The position numbers and the translations under genes are program-made. Below the pieces are notes generated by a model. It was not told the DNA's origin, did not search any database, and saw only the letters and a program-made list of their open reading frames with translations. From an uncultured Pseudomonadota bacterium (GTDB taxonomy: Bacteria; Pseudomonadota; Gammaproteobacteria; Burkholderiales; Casimicrobiaceae): a stretch of DNA of 64,000 nucleotides. Location: assembly GCA_963781395.1 (NCBI GenBank), contig CAWAFO010000006.1, positions 29,554 to 93,553 on the forward strand, given 5' to 3'. Positions 38,629 to 48,603 of this stretch are shown one piece after another. Positions within the stretch are counted from its first letter, which is position 1. Each line of letters opens with the position of its first letter.

Positions 38629-40143
38629 ATGGACTCTCCAGCCGCATTCCGCTTCGACAATTCGTTCGCCCGCGAGCTACCTGGGTTCTACACGCCTTGC
38701 CGCCCGGAGACCGCGCCGGCGCCACGGCTGCTTTATCTCAATCGGCCACTCGCGACCGAGCTCGGCCTCGGCATCGCGTCGCTCGACAGCGCCGCGCTGG
38801 CGGCGACATTCGCCGGCAACGCGCTGCCCGCCGGTGCCGAACCATTGGCGCAGGCGTACGCGGGCCACCAGTTCGGCGGCTTCTCGCCGCAGCTCGGCGA
38901 CGGGCGCGCGCTGCTGCTTGGCGAGGTGATCGACCTTCAGGGACATCGCCGCGACATCGCGTTCAAAGGCTCGGGTCGCACGCCGTATGGCCGCAATGGC
39001 GATGGCAGGGCGGCGGTGGGTCCGATGTTGCGCGAGGTGCTGCTCGGCGAATCGATGCACGCGATGGGCGTCCCCACGACACGGGCGTTGGCGGTCGTCG
39101 CGACGGGTGCGCCGGTTTTCCGTGAGGAGACGCTACCCGGTGCCGTGCTGACACGCATCGCGGCGAGCCATATCCGCGTGGGCACGTTCGAATTCTATGC
39201 CGCGCGCGGCGACGAGGATCGCGTGCGCAAGCTGGCCGAGTATTCGATCGCCCGGCACTACCCTGGACTGGCGACGTCGCCGCAACCGTTCCTGGAACTG
39301 CTGCAAGGCGTGGTCGAAAGACAGGCCGCGCTGATCGCGCAATGGATGAATGTCGGATTCATCCATGGCGTGATGAACACCGACAACATGACGATTTCGG
39401 GCGAGACCATCGACTACGGCCCGTGCGCATTCGTCGAGGCCTACGACCCCGCGGCGGTCTTCAGCTCCATCGATTTGCACGGCCGCTACGCATTCGGCAA
39501 CCAGCCTGATATGGCGCTGTGGAATCTCGCGCGTTTTGCCGAAACGCTTCTTCCGTTGCTGTCCGAGAAGCCCGACGAAGCAATCGCGATGGCCACCGAA
39601 GTGCTCTCCGCGTTCCTCTTGCAGTACCGGCGGCACCTGCTCGGCGGACGGCGCGCCAAGCTCGGCCTGCAGCGAGGCGCGCCCGATGACGATGGCAACG
39701 ACACGGTGCTTGCCGAGGATTGGCTGAAGTTGCTGCAGGTCGAACGTGCCGACTTCACGCTTGGCTGGCGTCGGCTGGCCGACGCTGCGGCCGGGGACGA
39801 GGCGCCCTTGCTGGCGTTATTCGCGGACACGAACGCGCCGAAGGCGTGGCTCGCGCGTTGGCGCGCGCGCTGTGCGAACGAAGATCTGGCAACGCAGGTC
39901 TCGGCGGGTGCCGGATTCGAACGCGCATGCGCGATGCGTGCCGTCAGTCCATGGGTGATTCCACGCAATCACCGCGTGGAAGAAGCGCTGGCGGCCGCAT
40001 CCGACGACAATGACTACGCGCCCTTCGAACGCCTGTTAGATGCGGTCCAGCACCCATTCGAGGAAACGTGCGAACGTGCCGCGTACGCGGAGCCTGCGCC
40101 GGCAGCCGTGACTGCCGGTTACCGCACGTTTTGCGGAACATGA
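38629..40143 (+). CDS. selO: Protein adenylyltransferase SelO/YdiU
   Basis: AQAYAGHQFG, LGDGRA, KGSGRTPY, HGVMNTDN, IDYGPC, PRNH, C-terminal TFCGT. Confidence 0.92.
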   Translation: MDSPAAFRFDNSFARELPGFYTPCRPETAPAPRLLYLNRPLATELGLGIASLDSAALAATFAGNALPAGAEPLAQAYAGHQFGGFSPQLGDGRALLLGEVIDLQGHRRDIAFKGSGRTPYGRNGDGRAAVGPMLREVLLGESMHAMGVPTTRALAVVATGAPVFREETLPGAVLTRIAASHIRVGTFEFYAARGDEDRVRKLAEYSIARHYPGLATSPQPFLELLQGVVERQAALIAQWMNVGFIHGVMNTDNMTISGETIDYGPCAFVEAYDPAAVFSSIDLHGRYAFGNQPDMALWNLARFAETLLPLLSEKPDEAIAMATEVLSAFLLQYRRHLLGGRRAKLGLQRGAPDDDGNDTVLAEDWLKLLQVERADFTLGWRRLADAAAGDEAPLLALFADTNAPKAWLARWRARCANEDLATQVSAGAGFERACAMRAVSPWVIPRNHRVEEALAAASDDNDYAPFERLLDAVQHPFEETCERAAYAEPAPAAVTAGYRTFCGT

Positions 40144-40157
40144 CCCGGAGCCGGCCT

Positions 40158-40181
40158 GGCGGCCTTGCGAGGCCGCCTTTT
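40158..40181 (+). terminator. Rho-independent terminator
   Basis: GGCGGCC-TTGCGA-GGCCGCC-TTTT after the selO stop. Confidence 0.7.
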
Positions 40182-40354
40182 CGTACATGCTCAGGTCAGT
40201 TGCGGATGACTGCATCCATCGCTTGTTGTCCCTTGGGCACGCGGTCGATCTGGTGGCCACGTGGTCAGCGCAATTTACCAAATGCGGATCCGGCAGCTAT
40301 CCGGTCGGCGGGACCGAACATCCCATCGCTTTGCAATCGGCGCGGCCCGTTCCC

Positions 40355-41137
40355 TCATTGCGCCAGCCAACCGCCATCCACGGGCAACGCCGCGCCGCGG
40401 ATCTGTTTGGCGGCGTCCGAGCACAGGAAGACCGCCAGCGCGCCGATCTGCTCCGGCGTCGCGAACTCGAGCGATGGCTGCTTCTCGCCGAGCAGCCGCG
40501 CCGACGCCTGGCGCGTCGACAGCGATTCGCGTGCCGCCAGGTCGTCGATCTGCTTTTGCACCAGCGGGGTGAGCACGAATCCCGGGCATATCGCATTGCA
40601 CGTGATGCCGGTCGTCGCAGTTTCCAGCGCCACCACCTTGGTGAGTCCGACGACGCCGTGCTTGGCGGTGACGTAGGCAATCTTGTTCACGGAGGCCACG
40701 AGCCCGTGGACGGAGGCCACGTTGATGATCCGCCCCCAGTTGCGCTGGCGCATCTGCGGCAATGCGGCCTTGATCGCGTGGAAGCACGCGGACAGGTTGA
40801 TCGCGACTATGGCATCCCATCGCTCGTCGGGAAACTCTTCGACCGTGGCGGTGTGCTGAATGCCGGCGTTGTTGACGAGGATGTCGACACCGCCGAACGT
40901 TGCGACGGCCTGCCGCACCATCTCGCGCACCTGGTCGGGTTTCGCCACGTCGGCGTCGCTCATGGCCACCGAAACGCCGAATTCGCCGGCGAGACCGCTG
41001 CGCAGGCGCTCGACGTCGCGCGCGTCGCCGAATCCGTTGAGCATCACTCCCGCGCCGCTGGCGGCAAGCGCGCGCGCGATGCCGAGGCCGATGCCGCTCG
41101 TCGAGCCGGTCACGATGGCTGTCTTCCCCTTGAGCAT
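40355..41137 (-). CDS. bdhA: 3-hydroxybutyrate dehydrogenase (SDR)
   Basis: TGSTSGIG, NNAGIQH, SVHGLVAS, YVTAKHG, LLGEKQPS. Confidence 0.9.
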   Translation of the reverse strand: MLKGKTAIVTGSTSGIGLGIARALAASGAGVMLNGFGDARDVERLRSGLAGEFGVSVAMSDADVAKPDQVREMVRQAVATFGGVDILVNNAGIQHTATVEEFPDERWDAIVAINLSACFHAIKAALPQMRQRNWGRIINVASVHGLVASVNKIAYVTAKHGVVGLTKVVALETATTGITCNAICPGFVLTPLVQKQIDDLAARESLSTRQASARLLGEKQPSLEFATPEQIGALAVFLCSDAAKQIRGAALPVDGGWLAQ

Positions 41138-41263
41138 TCCCTCTCCTTCGGCGCGCCACCGATTCGCGGCGCGCGCATGGCTGTCAGTGACGGTCATCCT
41201 CACCGGCCACGAAGATGCCTTCCGCGCGCGCAGCGAGGAAGCTGGCTCGGCCAACGGCGCAAT

Positions 41264-41599
41264 TCAGTCGGGCGACGACGTGCCCAGATGGTCGCCGAAC
41301 TTCGTGCGCAGCTTCGCGACAATGTCGGCGATGAGCATCGCGGTCTTCGTCTCGCCGATCGCGCTGACGGCGCGCTCGCGAATGTTGTAGTGCATCATCA
41401 GGAGGTCGCGCAGCTTCCTGAAGCCGGCGGGATTGCGGGACCCGCACACCGATTCGTCGTTCTTCAGCACACGTTCGATGACGCCGGGATCGAGCAAGCG
41501 GACCTTGCAGATGAGCGCGGCCCGCGCGAGCTCACGATCGACGTCATCGAGGTTCTTGGCCCACCAGACACCGCCGAGCTCGCTCGTTGGCTTGGTCAT
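41264..41599 (-). CDS. Small hypothetical protein
   Basis: 111-aa ORF with AAGGAAG RBS and host-like codon usage. Confidence 0.7.
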   Translation of the reverse strand: MTKPTSELGGVWWAKNLDDVDRELARAALICKVRLLDPGVIERVLKNDESVCGSRNPAGFRKLRDLLMMHYNIRERAVSAIGETKTAMLIADIVAKLRTKFGDHLGTSSPD

Positions 41600-41909
41600 G
41601 ACGGCTTCCTTGAGAGCTCACGCGCGCGGCGCGCGGGCTCTCGGGATGTTGCACGCGCGAGCTCCCGCGATCCTCGTATTTCTTGACAAGCCTCGATGGC
41701 GCCGTGCGCTTGCGCCGCGGGAGTGAAGCCGGACTCGGCGCTGACCGTCGGGGCCGGTGAACGCCGGGTGCGAGGACGCATTTGGGCGGCATTCGGGCAG
41801 TTCGCCCCAGGGACGCCGATTGGACGCCCGCCCGAATGGCTCCTTGACCTGCCCTGACAATCGGATGACAACGGGGTAGACTTTGCTTCAGGTCAATCAG
41901 GGGGCCGTC

Positions 41910-42731
41910 ATGACCAGCGTCGACACGCGTTCGCCGTCAGCGGGCAGTCGGATTGCACGACGAACCGCCTTCCTGTGCATTGCCGGCGCATTGCTGTCCT
42001 GGCAATCGCTGGCGCATGCGGTCACCGTCGCGGACGGCACTTTCGCCGACGCCGACTGGACGATCACCTCGTTCTCCTCGGGCTCCGGCGGAACCTCGAC
42101 CGCGACACAAGTCGCCACCGGCGGCAATCCCGGCTCGTACCGGAACGTGACAGACACGCTCAATGGTGGCGGCGTGGTATCCGTCGTGTCGGGCGTGAAT
42201 ATTTACGGCCCTTTCACCTACACCCCAAGTGTCTCCGGCACGATCGGCTCGATCGATTACAGCGAGGACGCGGCGTGCACCAGCGGATGTTTCGGCAGCG
42301 GACAGTCCACGGGGCCCGCGTTACTTCAGAACGGCAATTTCTACACGCTGTGCAGCTCGGTGCTCATCACCGGCCCCGCTACGACGTTCGCCAACCATAC
42401 CCTCAACGGATTGACCGCGTCCGATTTCGGGATCGTGAGCCTGACGTCCACGAACACGTGCGATCCCACGGTGCATCCCAATTTTTCGTCCGCCGCCCCG
42501 CCCATCAAGGTCGGCTTCTTCCGTGCCAACGGCACCGGCCCGGGTGGCGGCGGCTACACGCTCGCGGCAGCGATCGACAACTGGCAGATCACCCTCAACG
42601 CCGTGGTGATAAACCCGCAAGCGCTGCCTCCGGTCATCCCGGTGCCGACGCTCGGCCTGGGCAGCATGGCGCTTCTCGCATTGGCCATCGGCCTTCTCGG
42701 ATTCGCGTATTCGCGCCGCCGCCGGCGCTGA
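41910..42731 (+). CDS. Secreted protein with IPTL-CTERM-like sorting signal
   Basis: Signal peptide, Thr/Ser/Gly-rich beta domain, C-terminal IPVPTLG-TM-RRRRR. Confidence 0.8.
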   Translation: MTSVDTRSPSAGSRIARRTAFLCIAGALLSWQSLAHAVTVADGTFADADWTITSFSSGSGGTSTATQVATGGNPGSYRNVTDTLNGGGVVSVVSGVNIYGPFTYTPSVSGTIGSIDYSEDAACTSGCFGSGQSTGPALLQNGNFYTLCSSVLITGPATTFANHTLNGLTASDFGIVSLTSTNTCDPTVHPNFSSAAPPIKVGFFRANGTGPGGGGYTLAAAIDNWQITLNAVVINPQALPPVIPVPTLGLGSMALLALAIGLLGFAYSRRRRR

Positions 42732-42734
42732 CGC

Positions 42735-44120
42735 TCAGGACGGCTTGATGTTCCAGTTGGTGCGGAAGAGATTGTCGGGATCGTATTTGCGCTTGATCTT
42801 GGCGAGGCGGTCGAAGCTCGGGCCGTAGGCCGCGCGCACGCGATCACCTTCCTCCGCCGTGAGGAAATTCACGTAGACGCCGCCGCTGGCGAACGGCGCG
42901 GAGGCCTTGAAGTAATCGCGAGCCCAGGCGATGCAACGCTGGTCATCCGCCGCTTCACGCCACCGGCCGTGCACGTTCATCACGTACCGGGCGTCGCGGT
43001 GCGCGTAGGCTGTGGCATCCGGCGCCATGCGGGTGGTGGCCGCGCCGATCGCCCCGAAAAAGATCTCGCACTCCGGCGACGGCAATTTGCCGACGTACTC
43101 GATCACCTTGTCCAGCAGCTCGTCCTTGAGCTCGGTGAAGTTGTGCGATTTCCAGTAGTTGCGCGCGCCGGGCGTGAGCAGCGGATCGAAGGCCTGCTGC
43201 CAGGCGACGTACGGCTGCACGCCGATATGCTCGCCCAATGCCGGGCCGAATTTTCGCAGCGGCTCGATCAACGCCTGGCCTGCCTTCGGATCGCCCGCAT
43301 AGAGCATGGCGAGAATCACGACGCCCTGGCCGTGCACGCTCGGCGGGAGGAAGGGCAGCGGCGGCGCCTTGCGCAGCACGACCCAGACGGCGAGGTCGTC
43401 CGGCGCCGTGACCATGAACTCCCGGTATTGCCGCAGCACGGACTTGGCACTCGCGATCGGAAACACGATCAATCCGGTCAGCAGCTCGGGGCCGACGGGA
43501 TGCAGCTGGAACTCGAAGCGCGTGACCACGCCGAAGTTGCCGCCGCCGCCCCGAAGCGCCCAGAACAGATCGGGATGTTCCGTTGCGCTTGCCTGCATCA
43601 CTTCGCCTGTTGCTGTCACCACCTCGGCCGATTCGAGGTTGTCGACCGTCATGCCGAACTTGCGGCTGAGCCAGCCGAAGCCGCCGCCGACGGTCAGGCC
43701 GGCGACACCCGTCGTGGAATTGATGCCCAGTGGCGTGGCGAGGCCATGGGCCTGCGTGGCCGCGTCGAGGTCGGCCAGCGTGGCTCCGCCTTCGACGATG
43801 GCGCGGCGTTTCGCGGCGTCGACCTTGACCGCCTTCATCTGCGACAGATCGATCACGATGCCGCCGTCGCACAGCGCGCTGCCGGCGATGTTGTGGCCGC
43901 CGCCGCGGATCGCGAGCACCAGCGCGTTGTCCTTCGCGAACTTGACCGCGCGCACCACGTCGGCGGTCGACGTGCAGCGCGCAATGACTGCGGGGCGCTT
44001 GTCGATCATCGCATTCCAGATCGCGCGCGCGCCCTCGTAGCCAGCGTCGCTCGGCAGCAGGATCGCACCTTGAAAGCCCGTCTTCAGTTGTTCGATCTTC
44101 TGGGTTTGCACGGGAGTCAT
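42735..44120 (-). CDS. FAD-linked oxidase (BBE-like)
   Basis: RGGGHN covalent FAD site, GVAGLTVGGGFG, GGGGNFGVVT, YVNF, KYDPDNLF. Confidence 0.9.
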   Translation of the reverse strand: MTPVQTQKIEQLKTGFQGAILLPSDAGYEGARAIWNAMIDKRPAVIARCTSTADVVRAVKFAKDNALVLAIRGGGHNIAGSALCDGGIVIDLSQMKAVKVDAAKRRAIVEGGATLADLDAATQAHGLATPLGINSTTGVAGLTVGGGFGWLSRKFGMTVDNLESAEVVTATGEVMQASATEHPDLFWALRGGGGNFGVVTRFEFQLHPVGPELLTGLIVFPIASAKSVLRQYREFMVTAPDDLAVWVVLRKAPPLPFLPPSVHGQGVVILAMLYAGDPKAGQALIEPLRKFGPALGEHIGVQPYVAWQQAFDPLLTPGARNYWKSHNFTELKDELLDKVIEYVGKLPSPECEIFFGAIGAATTRMAPDATAYAHRDARYVMNVHGRWREAADDQRCIAWARDYFKASAPFASGGVYVNFLTAEEGDRVRAAYGPSFDRLAKIKRKYDPDNLFRTNWNIKPS

Positions 44121-44297
44121 GATTTCCTCCGTTCGCAGACGGGTGGTCGGCCGGGCGGCTATTTGAGATTGAGCAACTGTCCGGGACGAAAGTAAAGCCC
44201 CGGGCGGCGGCCCCGGTTTCCACGCACAGGAATGGTCATGGTATCGTTAACATCGCGGTTTCCGACGACCCACCAACTGTCCGAAAAGGGGGAGATC

Positions 44298-45629
44298 ATG
44301 TCTTCACCGGCCAACTTCGACCGCAGGCGCGTGCTCAAGTCCGCCGCGGCGCTCGGCGCCTATGCCCTGGCGGGCAATTCGGCGCTTGCCGCGGGCAAGC
44401 CCTACGAAGGCACCGAGCTCAACATCTCCTGCTGGAGTGCGCCCTTCCCCAAGCTTTTGCAGACGTATCTGCCCGAATTCGAGAAGCTGACCGGCATCAA
44501 GGTCAACTACGACACGCCGGGCTTCCTCATCTACAACCAGCGCGTCGATCTCGAGCTTTCCACCAAGGGATCGTCGTACGACGTCCTCAATATCACGTTC
44601 ATCTACGTCGATCGCTGGCTGCGCGCCGGCTGGTTCACGCCGCTCAACGAGTTCGTCAAGAACGACACGCCCGCGGACTGGAACGTGGAGGACTTCCTGC
44701 CGGCGACGCGCAAGATCATGTCGGACAAGCAGGGCAACCTGTACGGCATTCCCTGGACGGCCGACATCTCGATGGCGTGCGCGGGCCGCTACGACATCAT
44801 GGAGAAGATGGGCCTCGCGATGCCCAGGACCTTCGACGAGATCGAGAAGGTGGCCGCCGCCACCAACAAGGACGGCATCGCGGGTTTCGTCGGCGACAAT
44901 CGCCACGGCTGGAATTTTCCGCCGTACCTGCAAGGCTTCGGCGGCAACGTGTTCCGCAACGCGCCGAACGACCTGATGCCCACGCTCGACACGCCCGAAG
45001 CCATCCACGCCGCGGATTTCTTTTCGCACCTGCTGCGCGACTACGGTCCCAACGGCGTGCTGTCGTACAGCTACGACCAGGTGACGGCAGCGCTCAAGCA
45101 GGGCCGCGGCAACTACGCGACCGAGGGCCACATCTTCCTGATGCCGGCGGCCGATCCCGATAGCAAAGAAGCCAGGACGGTGCGCTATTCGGCGTTTCCC
45201 CGAGGGCCCGCGGGCGACTTCCCCGGCTTCGCGACGCACGGTTGGGGCATCCCGGTCGGCGCCAGGAACAAGAAGGCGAGCTGGGAATTCATCAAGTGGG
45301 CAATGTCGAAGGACATGATGATGCGCGCGGTGACCGAGAAGGGCTATTCGTCGCCGAGTCGCCGCTCGGTGGTCGAGAGCCCCGAGTTCAAGAAGCGCAT
45401 GACGCTCAACGGCAACGACGTCGCCGACATCTATCTCAAGGGCATCGAGACCGCCGGCGGCAGCGACTACATGGCGTACCGCATCGTGCAGGGCTTTCCG
45501 CAGGTCGACACGCTGATCGGCCAGGCGATCGAGCGCATCGTCACCAAGCAGATGTCCGCGGCGGACTCGATGAAACTGGCGCAGACCAGCGCGATCGCCG
45601 ATCTCAAGCGCGCCGGCATCAAGATCTAG
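44298..45629 (+). CDS. Tat-exported sugar ABC transporter substrate-binding protein
   Basis: DRRRVLKSAAALG Tat signal, FEKLTGIKV, LYGIP, KASWEFIKW. Confidence 0.88.
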   Translation: MSSPANFDRRRVLKSAAALGAYALAGNSALAAGKPYEGTELNISCWSAPFPKLLQTYLPEFEKLTGIKVNYDTPGFLIYNQRVDLELSTKGSSYDVLNITFIYVDRWLRAGWFTPLNEFVKNDTPADWNVEDFLPATRKIMSDKQGNLYGIPWTADISMACAGRYDIMEKMGLAMPRTFDEIEKVAAATNKDGIAGFVGDNRHGWNFPPYLQGFGGNVFRNAPNDLMPTLDTPEAIHAADFFSHLLRDYGPNGVLSYSYDQVTAALKQGRGNYATEGHIFLMPAADPDSKEARTVRYSAFPRGPAGDFPGFATHGWGIPVGARNKKASWEFIKWAMSKDMMMRAVTEKGYSSPSRRSVVESPEFKKRMTLNGNDVADIYLKGIETAGGSDYMAYRIVQGFPQVDTLIGQAIERIVTKQMSAADSMKLAQTSAIADLKRAGIKI

Positions 45630-45646
45630 TGGTGTCCGTCCTTTTC

Positions 45647-45790
45647 GTCATTCCCGCGCATGCGGGAATCCAGGATTGACGCGGCACCGGTGCGCGCGAA
45701 CTTTCCATCCATGCGCCAAAACTGGATCCCCGCTTTCGCGAGGATGACGGCGTCGAGCCCGGGCTGGATCCGCGCTTTCGCGGGGATGAC
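45647..45790. repeat. REP cluster (three copies), same family as 6134-6420
   Basis: 45647-72 GTCATTCCCGCGCATGCGGGAATCCA; inverted copies at 45723-48 and 45765-90. Confidence 0.85.
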
Positions 45791-45878
45791 GTCATCGATT
45801 GAGGGTGCCACACCTTGGGATGCCCGCGGCGCATGCGATCCGTCAACAACGACTTGAAGGTTCACCGCTAGGTCTTCC

Positions 45879-46799
45879 ATGGCCGCTGCCGTTGCCGCCG
45901 CGCCGAGCGGCTACAGCATCGGTCGCCGGCAGCGGCTCGCGGTGTTCGGCGGACTGCTGCCGGCGATGGTGCTGCTCGCCGTACTCACTCTCGGGCCCGC
46001 GCTGTATCTCTTCGTCGTCAGCCTGACACCGGGGACGCCGACCAACCCCTCGTCGCTGACCGATTTCTCGGCGCCCGCGCAGAATTACCTGAGCGCACTG
46101 CACGACGACCGCTTCGTCGAATCGCTGTGGGTGCAGCTGAAGCTGTCCGCGTCGACGGTCATCGCGCAGACGCTGCTGGGACTCGGCGTGGCGTTGCTCC
46201 TGAATCGTCGCGCCCGTCTCGTGCAGGCGCTGCGCACCGTCTTCCTCATCCCGATGGTGTTGCCGCCCATCGTGGCGGCGCTGATCTGGAAGATCCTCTA
46301 CACGCCGGACATCAGCCCGATCCATCGCGCACTCGCCGCGCTCCACATGCCCGTGTCGTCGCTGATCACCAACCCCGACACCGCGCTGTGGGCGATCGCC
46401 TTCGCCGACACCTGGGAATGGTTTCCCTTCACGATGCTGATCATCCTGGCCGCGCTGCAGATGGTGCCGCGCGAGCCGCTCGAGGCCGCGCAGGTGGATG
46501 GCGCCAGCAGGCTCCAGCTCTTCTGGTTCATCGAGCTGCCGTACATCCGGCCGGCCATCGTGGTGGCCGCGCTGTTCCGGCTGATCGACAGCATCAAGGC
46601 ATTCCCGCTGATCTACGTGCTGACGAGCGGCGGACCCGGCACCGTCACGCAGGTCACCAACTACTACGCGTTCACCCAGGCCTTCAATTACGCCTATTGG
46701 GGCTATGCCAGCGCGATCGCCATCATGCTGACCGCGAGCGTATTCGTCCTGAGCTGGCTGATCGGCAGTCGCGGTGCGAGGTCGGCTACGCATGGCTGA
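45879..46799 (+). CDS. Carbohydrate ABC permease
   Basis: EAAQVDGA EAA motif, LFRLIDSIKAF, GGPG. Confidence 0.9.
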   Translation: MAAAVAAAPSGYSIGRRQRLAVFGGLLPAMVLLAVLTLGPALYLFVVSLTPGTPTNPSSLTDFSAPAQNYLSALHDDRFVESLWVQLKLSASTVIAQTLLGLGVALLLNRRARLVQALRTVFLIPMVLPPIVAALIWKILYTPDISPIHRALAALHMPVSSLITNPDTALWAIAFADTWEWFPFTMLIILAALQMVPREPLEAAQVDGASRLQLFWFIELPYIRPAIVVAALFRLIDSIKAFPLIYVLTSGGPGTVTQVTNYYAFTQAFNYAYWGYASAIAIMLTASVFVLSWLIGSRGARSATHG

Positions 46800-47658
46800 C
46801 GCGCTCGCGCTCGATTCGGCGGGCCGCCGTCCCGGCCGCGCCGCGTGGCGCAAACGCGCCGGCCGCGTGTTGGCCAACCTGGCGCTCGGACTGGTGCTGC
46901 TGTTCGTGCTGTTCCCGATCGTGTGGCTCGTGCAGATGTCGTTCCGTCCCGACGAGGACATCCTCGGCTACCAGCTGCTCTTCGCGCCCACGTTCGCGCA
47001 CTACGCGTCGCTCTCCGAGAGCAAGTTCCTGCATTCGTTCCTCAACAGCGTCGTATCGAGCTGCGTGTCGACACTCGTCGCGCTGATCGTCGGCACGCCG
47101 GCTGCCTATGTGCTCTCGCGCTGGCGCTTCCGCGCGCGCGGCAAGATCGCGATGTGGATCCTGTCGACGCGCATGGCGCCGCAGATCACGTTCACGATCC
47201 CGTTCTTCCTCTTCTATCGGTACGTCGGTCTCAGCGACACCGTCTGGGGTCTCGCGCTGATCTACCTGACGTTCAACCTGGCGCTGGTCATCTGGATGAT
47301 GCAGTCGTTCTTCGACGCCGTGCCGCGGGCGCTCGAGGAGGCGGCGTGGCTCGATGGCGCCAGCATCTGGAGCGCCTTCCTGCGCATCACGCTGCCGTTG
47401 ACGGCGCCGGGACTCGCCGCCGTCGCTGTCCTCTGCTTCATCTTCTCGTGGAACGACTTCTTCTACGCGCTGATCCTGACGCGCACGAAGGCGATGACGG
47501 CGCCCGTGGCCATCATCAATTTCCTGCAATACGAGGGATGGGAATGGGGGAAGATCGCCGCTGGCGGCACCGTGGTCATGCTGCCGGTGGTCATCTTCAC
47601 CGTTCTCGTGCGCAAATGGCTGGTGAGCGGATTGATGGCGGGCAGCGTCAAGGATTGA
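46792..47658 (+). CDS. Carbohydrate ABC permease
   Basis: ALEEAAWLDGA, FIFSWNDFFYA. Confidence 0.9.
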   Translation: MADALALDSAGRRPGRAAWRKRAGRVLANLALGLVLLFVLFPIVWLVQMSFRPDEDILGYQLLFAPTFAHYASLSESKFLHSFLNSVVSSCVSTLVALIVGTPAAYVLSRWRFRARGKIAMWILSTRMAPQITFTIPFFLFYRYVGLSDTVWGLALIYLTFNLALVIWMMQSFFDAVPRALEEAAWLDGASIWSAFLRITLPLTAPGLAAVAVLCFIFSWNDFFYALILTRTKAMTAPVAIINFLQYEGWEWGKIAAGGTVVMLPVVIFTVLVRKWLVSGLMAGSVKD

Positions 47659-47716
47659 CGCGCTCGAAGCCATTGCTTGCCTGTCCTCGCGGCGGACAAC
47701 AAGCGCCTGAAAACTG

Positions 47717-48580
47717 TCAGTGCATCGTCGACGCCGTGCCGCCGCGGTCGGCGTTGAGGCGTGTCACGGTATCGAACTCGAGATCGCGGTTGTCGACGAC
47801 TTTCGCTTCCAGCTCGCCGCTGCCGCGCGGGACGAAATAGAACCGGAAGTTGGGATTCTCGCTGATCGAGAAATCGACGTCTGCGCTCATCACCGGCTTG
47901 CCGTCGTAGCGCACGTCGACGCGACGCACGAAGTGCGGCGCCGCGTACAGACGCGTCACCTGGTCCATCGCCAGGCCCGAATCGTTCGGGTGACTGACCA
48001 TCAGCTGCGCCAGCACGGGCACGCCGGAGGCCGACGCGTCGGCCACCCGCAAGCGCATCCTGCCGAGGTTGGCGCGCGCGGCGATCGCGTCCTTGCCTGC
48101 AGGTGCGGAGCAGCCTCCGGACGCCTTCACGTAGTTGGCCACCATGTGGAACTTGCCGTCCTGCGTCAGCGCGATCGCGCGCACCCAGGTGTACTGCTCG
48201 ACGCGGATGCGGGTCTCGATATCCGCGCGACCGCTGTCGAGCGTGAACTGGAACACCGCCGCGATCGGCGAAGGATTGTTGTCGACGATCAGCCAGATCT
48301 TCTCGATGGAGCGCGCCGGGGTTTGCGCGAATCGGGAGCGGATCGCCACCGGCACGATTGCCGCGTCCTCCGCGCGCTGCGGCGTGTCGAGCGTGATCAC
48401 ATCGGCTGCGGTGTCCATCGGCGCGCCGGCGAACACGTCGGCATGCACCTTCTGCCAGATCTTGCTCGCCTCGGGCGAGGCATCCTGGGCGTGCACCGAC
48501 GCAGCCGTGCACAGCGCCAGCACGAGCGCCACGCGCGCGAGGCATGCGGATGCTCGAGACTGCCGCGGATCGCCGATCAT
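47717..48580 (-). CDS. Quinoprotein-dehydrogenase-associated SoxYZ-like carrier (fused)
   Basis: Signal peptide, TPQRAEDAAIVPV, IVDNNPSP, TRIRV, KASGGC (SoxY-like Cys), MVSHPNDSG (SoxZ-like), ISENP. Confidence 0.85.
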   Translation of the reverse strand: MIGDPRQSRASACLARVALVLALCTAASVHAQDASPEASKIWQKVHADVFAGAPMDTAADVITLDTPQRAEDAAIVPVAIRSRFAQTPARSIEKIWLIVDNNPSPIAAVFQFTLDSGRADIETRIRVEQYTWVRAIALTQDGKFHMVANYVKASGGCSAPAGKDAIAARANLGRMRLRVADASASGVPVLAQLMVSHPNDSGLAMDQVTRLYAAPHFVRRVDVRYDGKPVMSADVDFSISENPNFRFYFVPRGSGELEAKVVDNRDLEFDTVTRLNADRGGTASTMH

Positions 48581-48603
48581 TTGCCCAATATACGCCGCCA
48601 CCG

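Noticed and set aside
40129-40181. Selenocysteine readthrough of the selO TGA with a SECIS hairpin
   Set aside because: The protein already ends in the normal bacterial Cys motif, and the hairpin plus TTTT fits a terminator
41844-41896. TTGACCTG / CAGGTCAA inverted repeat upstream of the IPTL-CTERM gene
   Set aside because: Only 8 bp with a 37-nt spacer; not distinguishable from chance, and no riboswitch fold recognised
47717-48580. Thiosulfate-oxidising Sox system
   Set aside because: No soxAXBCD; the carrier is a fused variant ending in an internal GGCSAP rather than a terminal GGCGG
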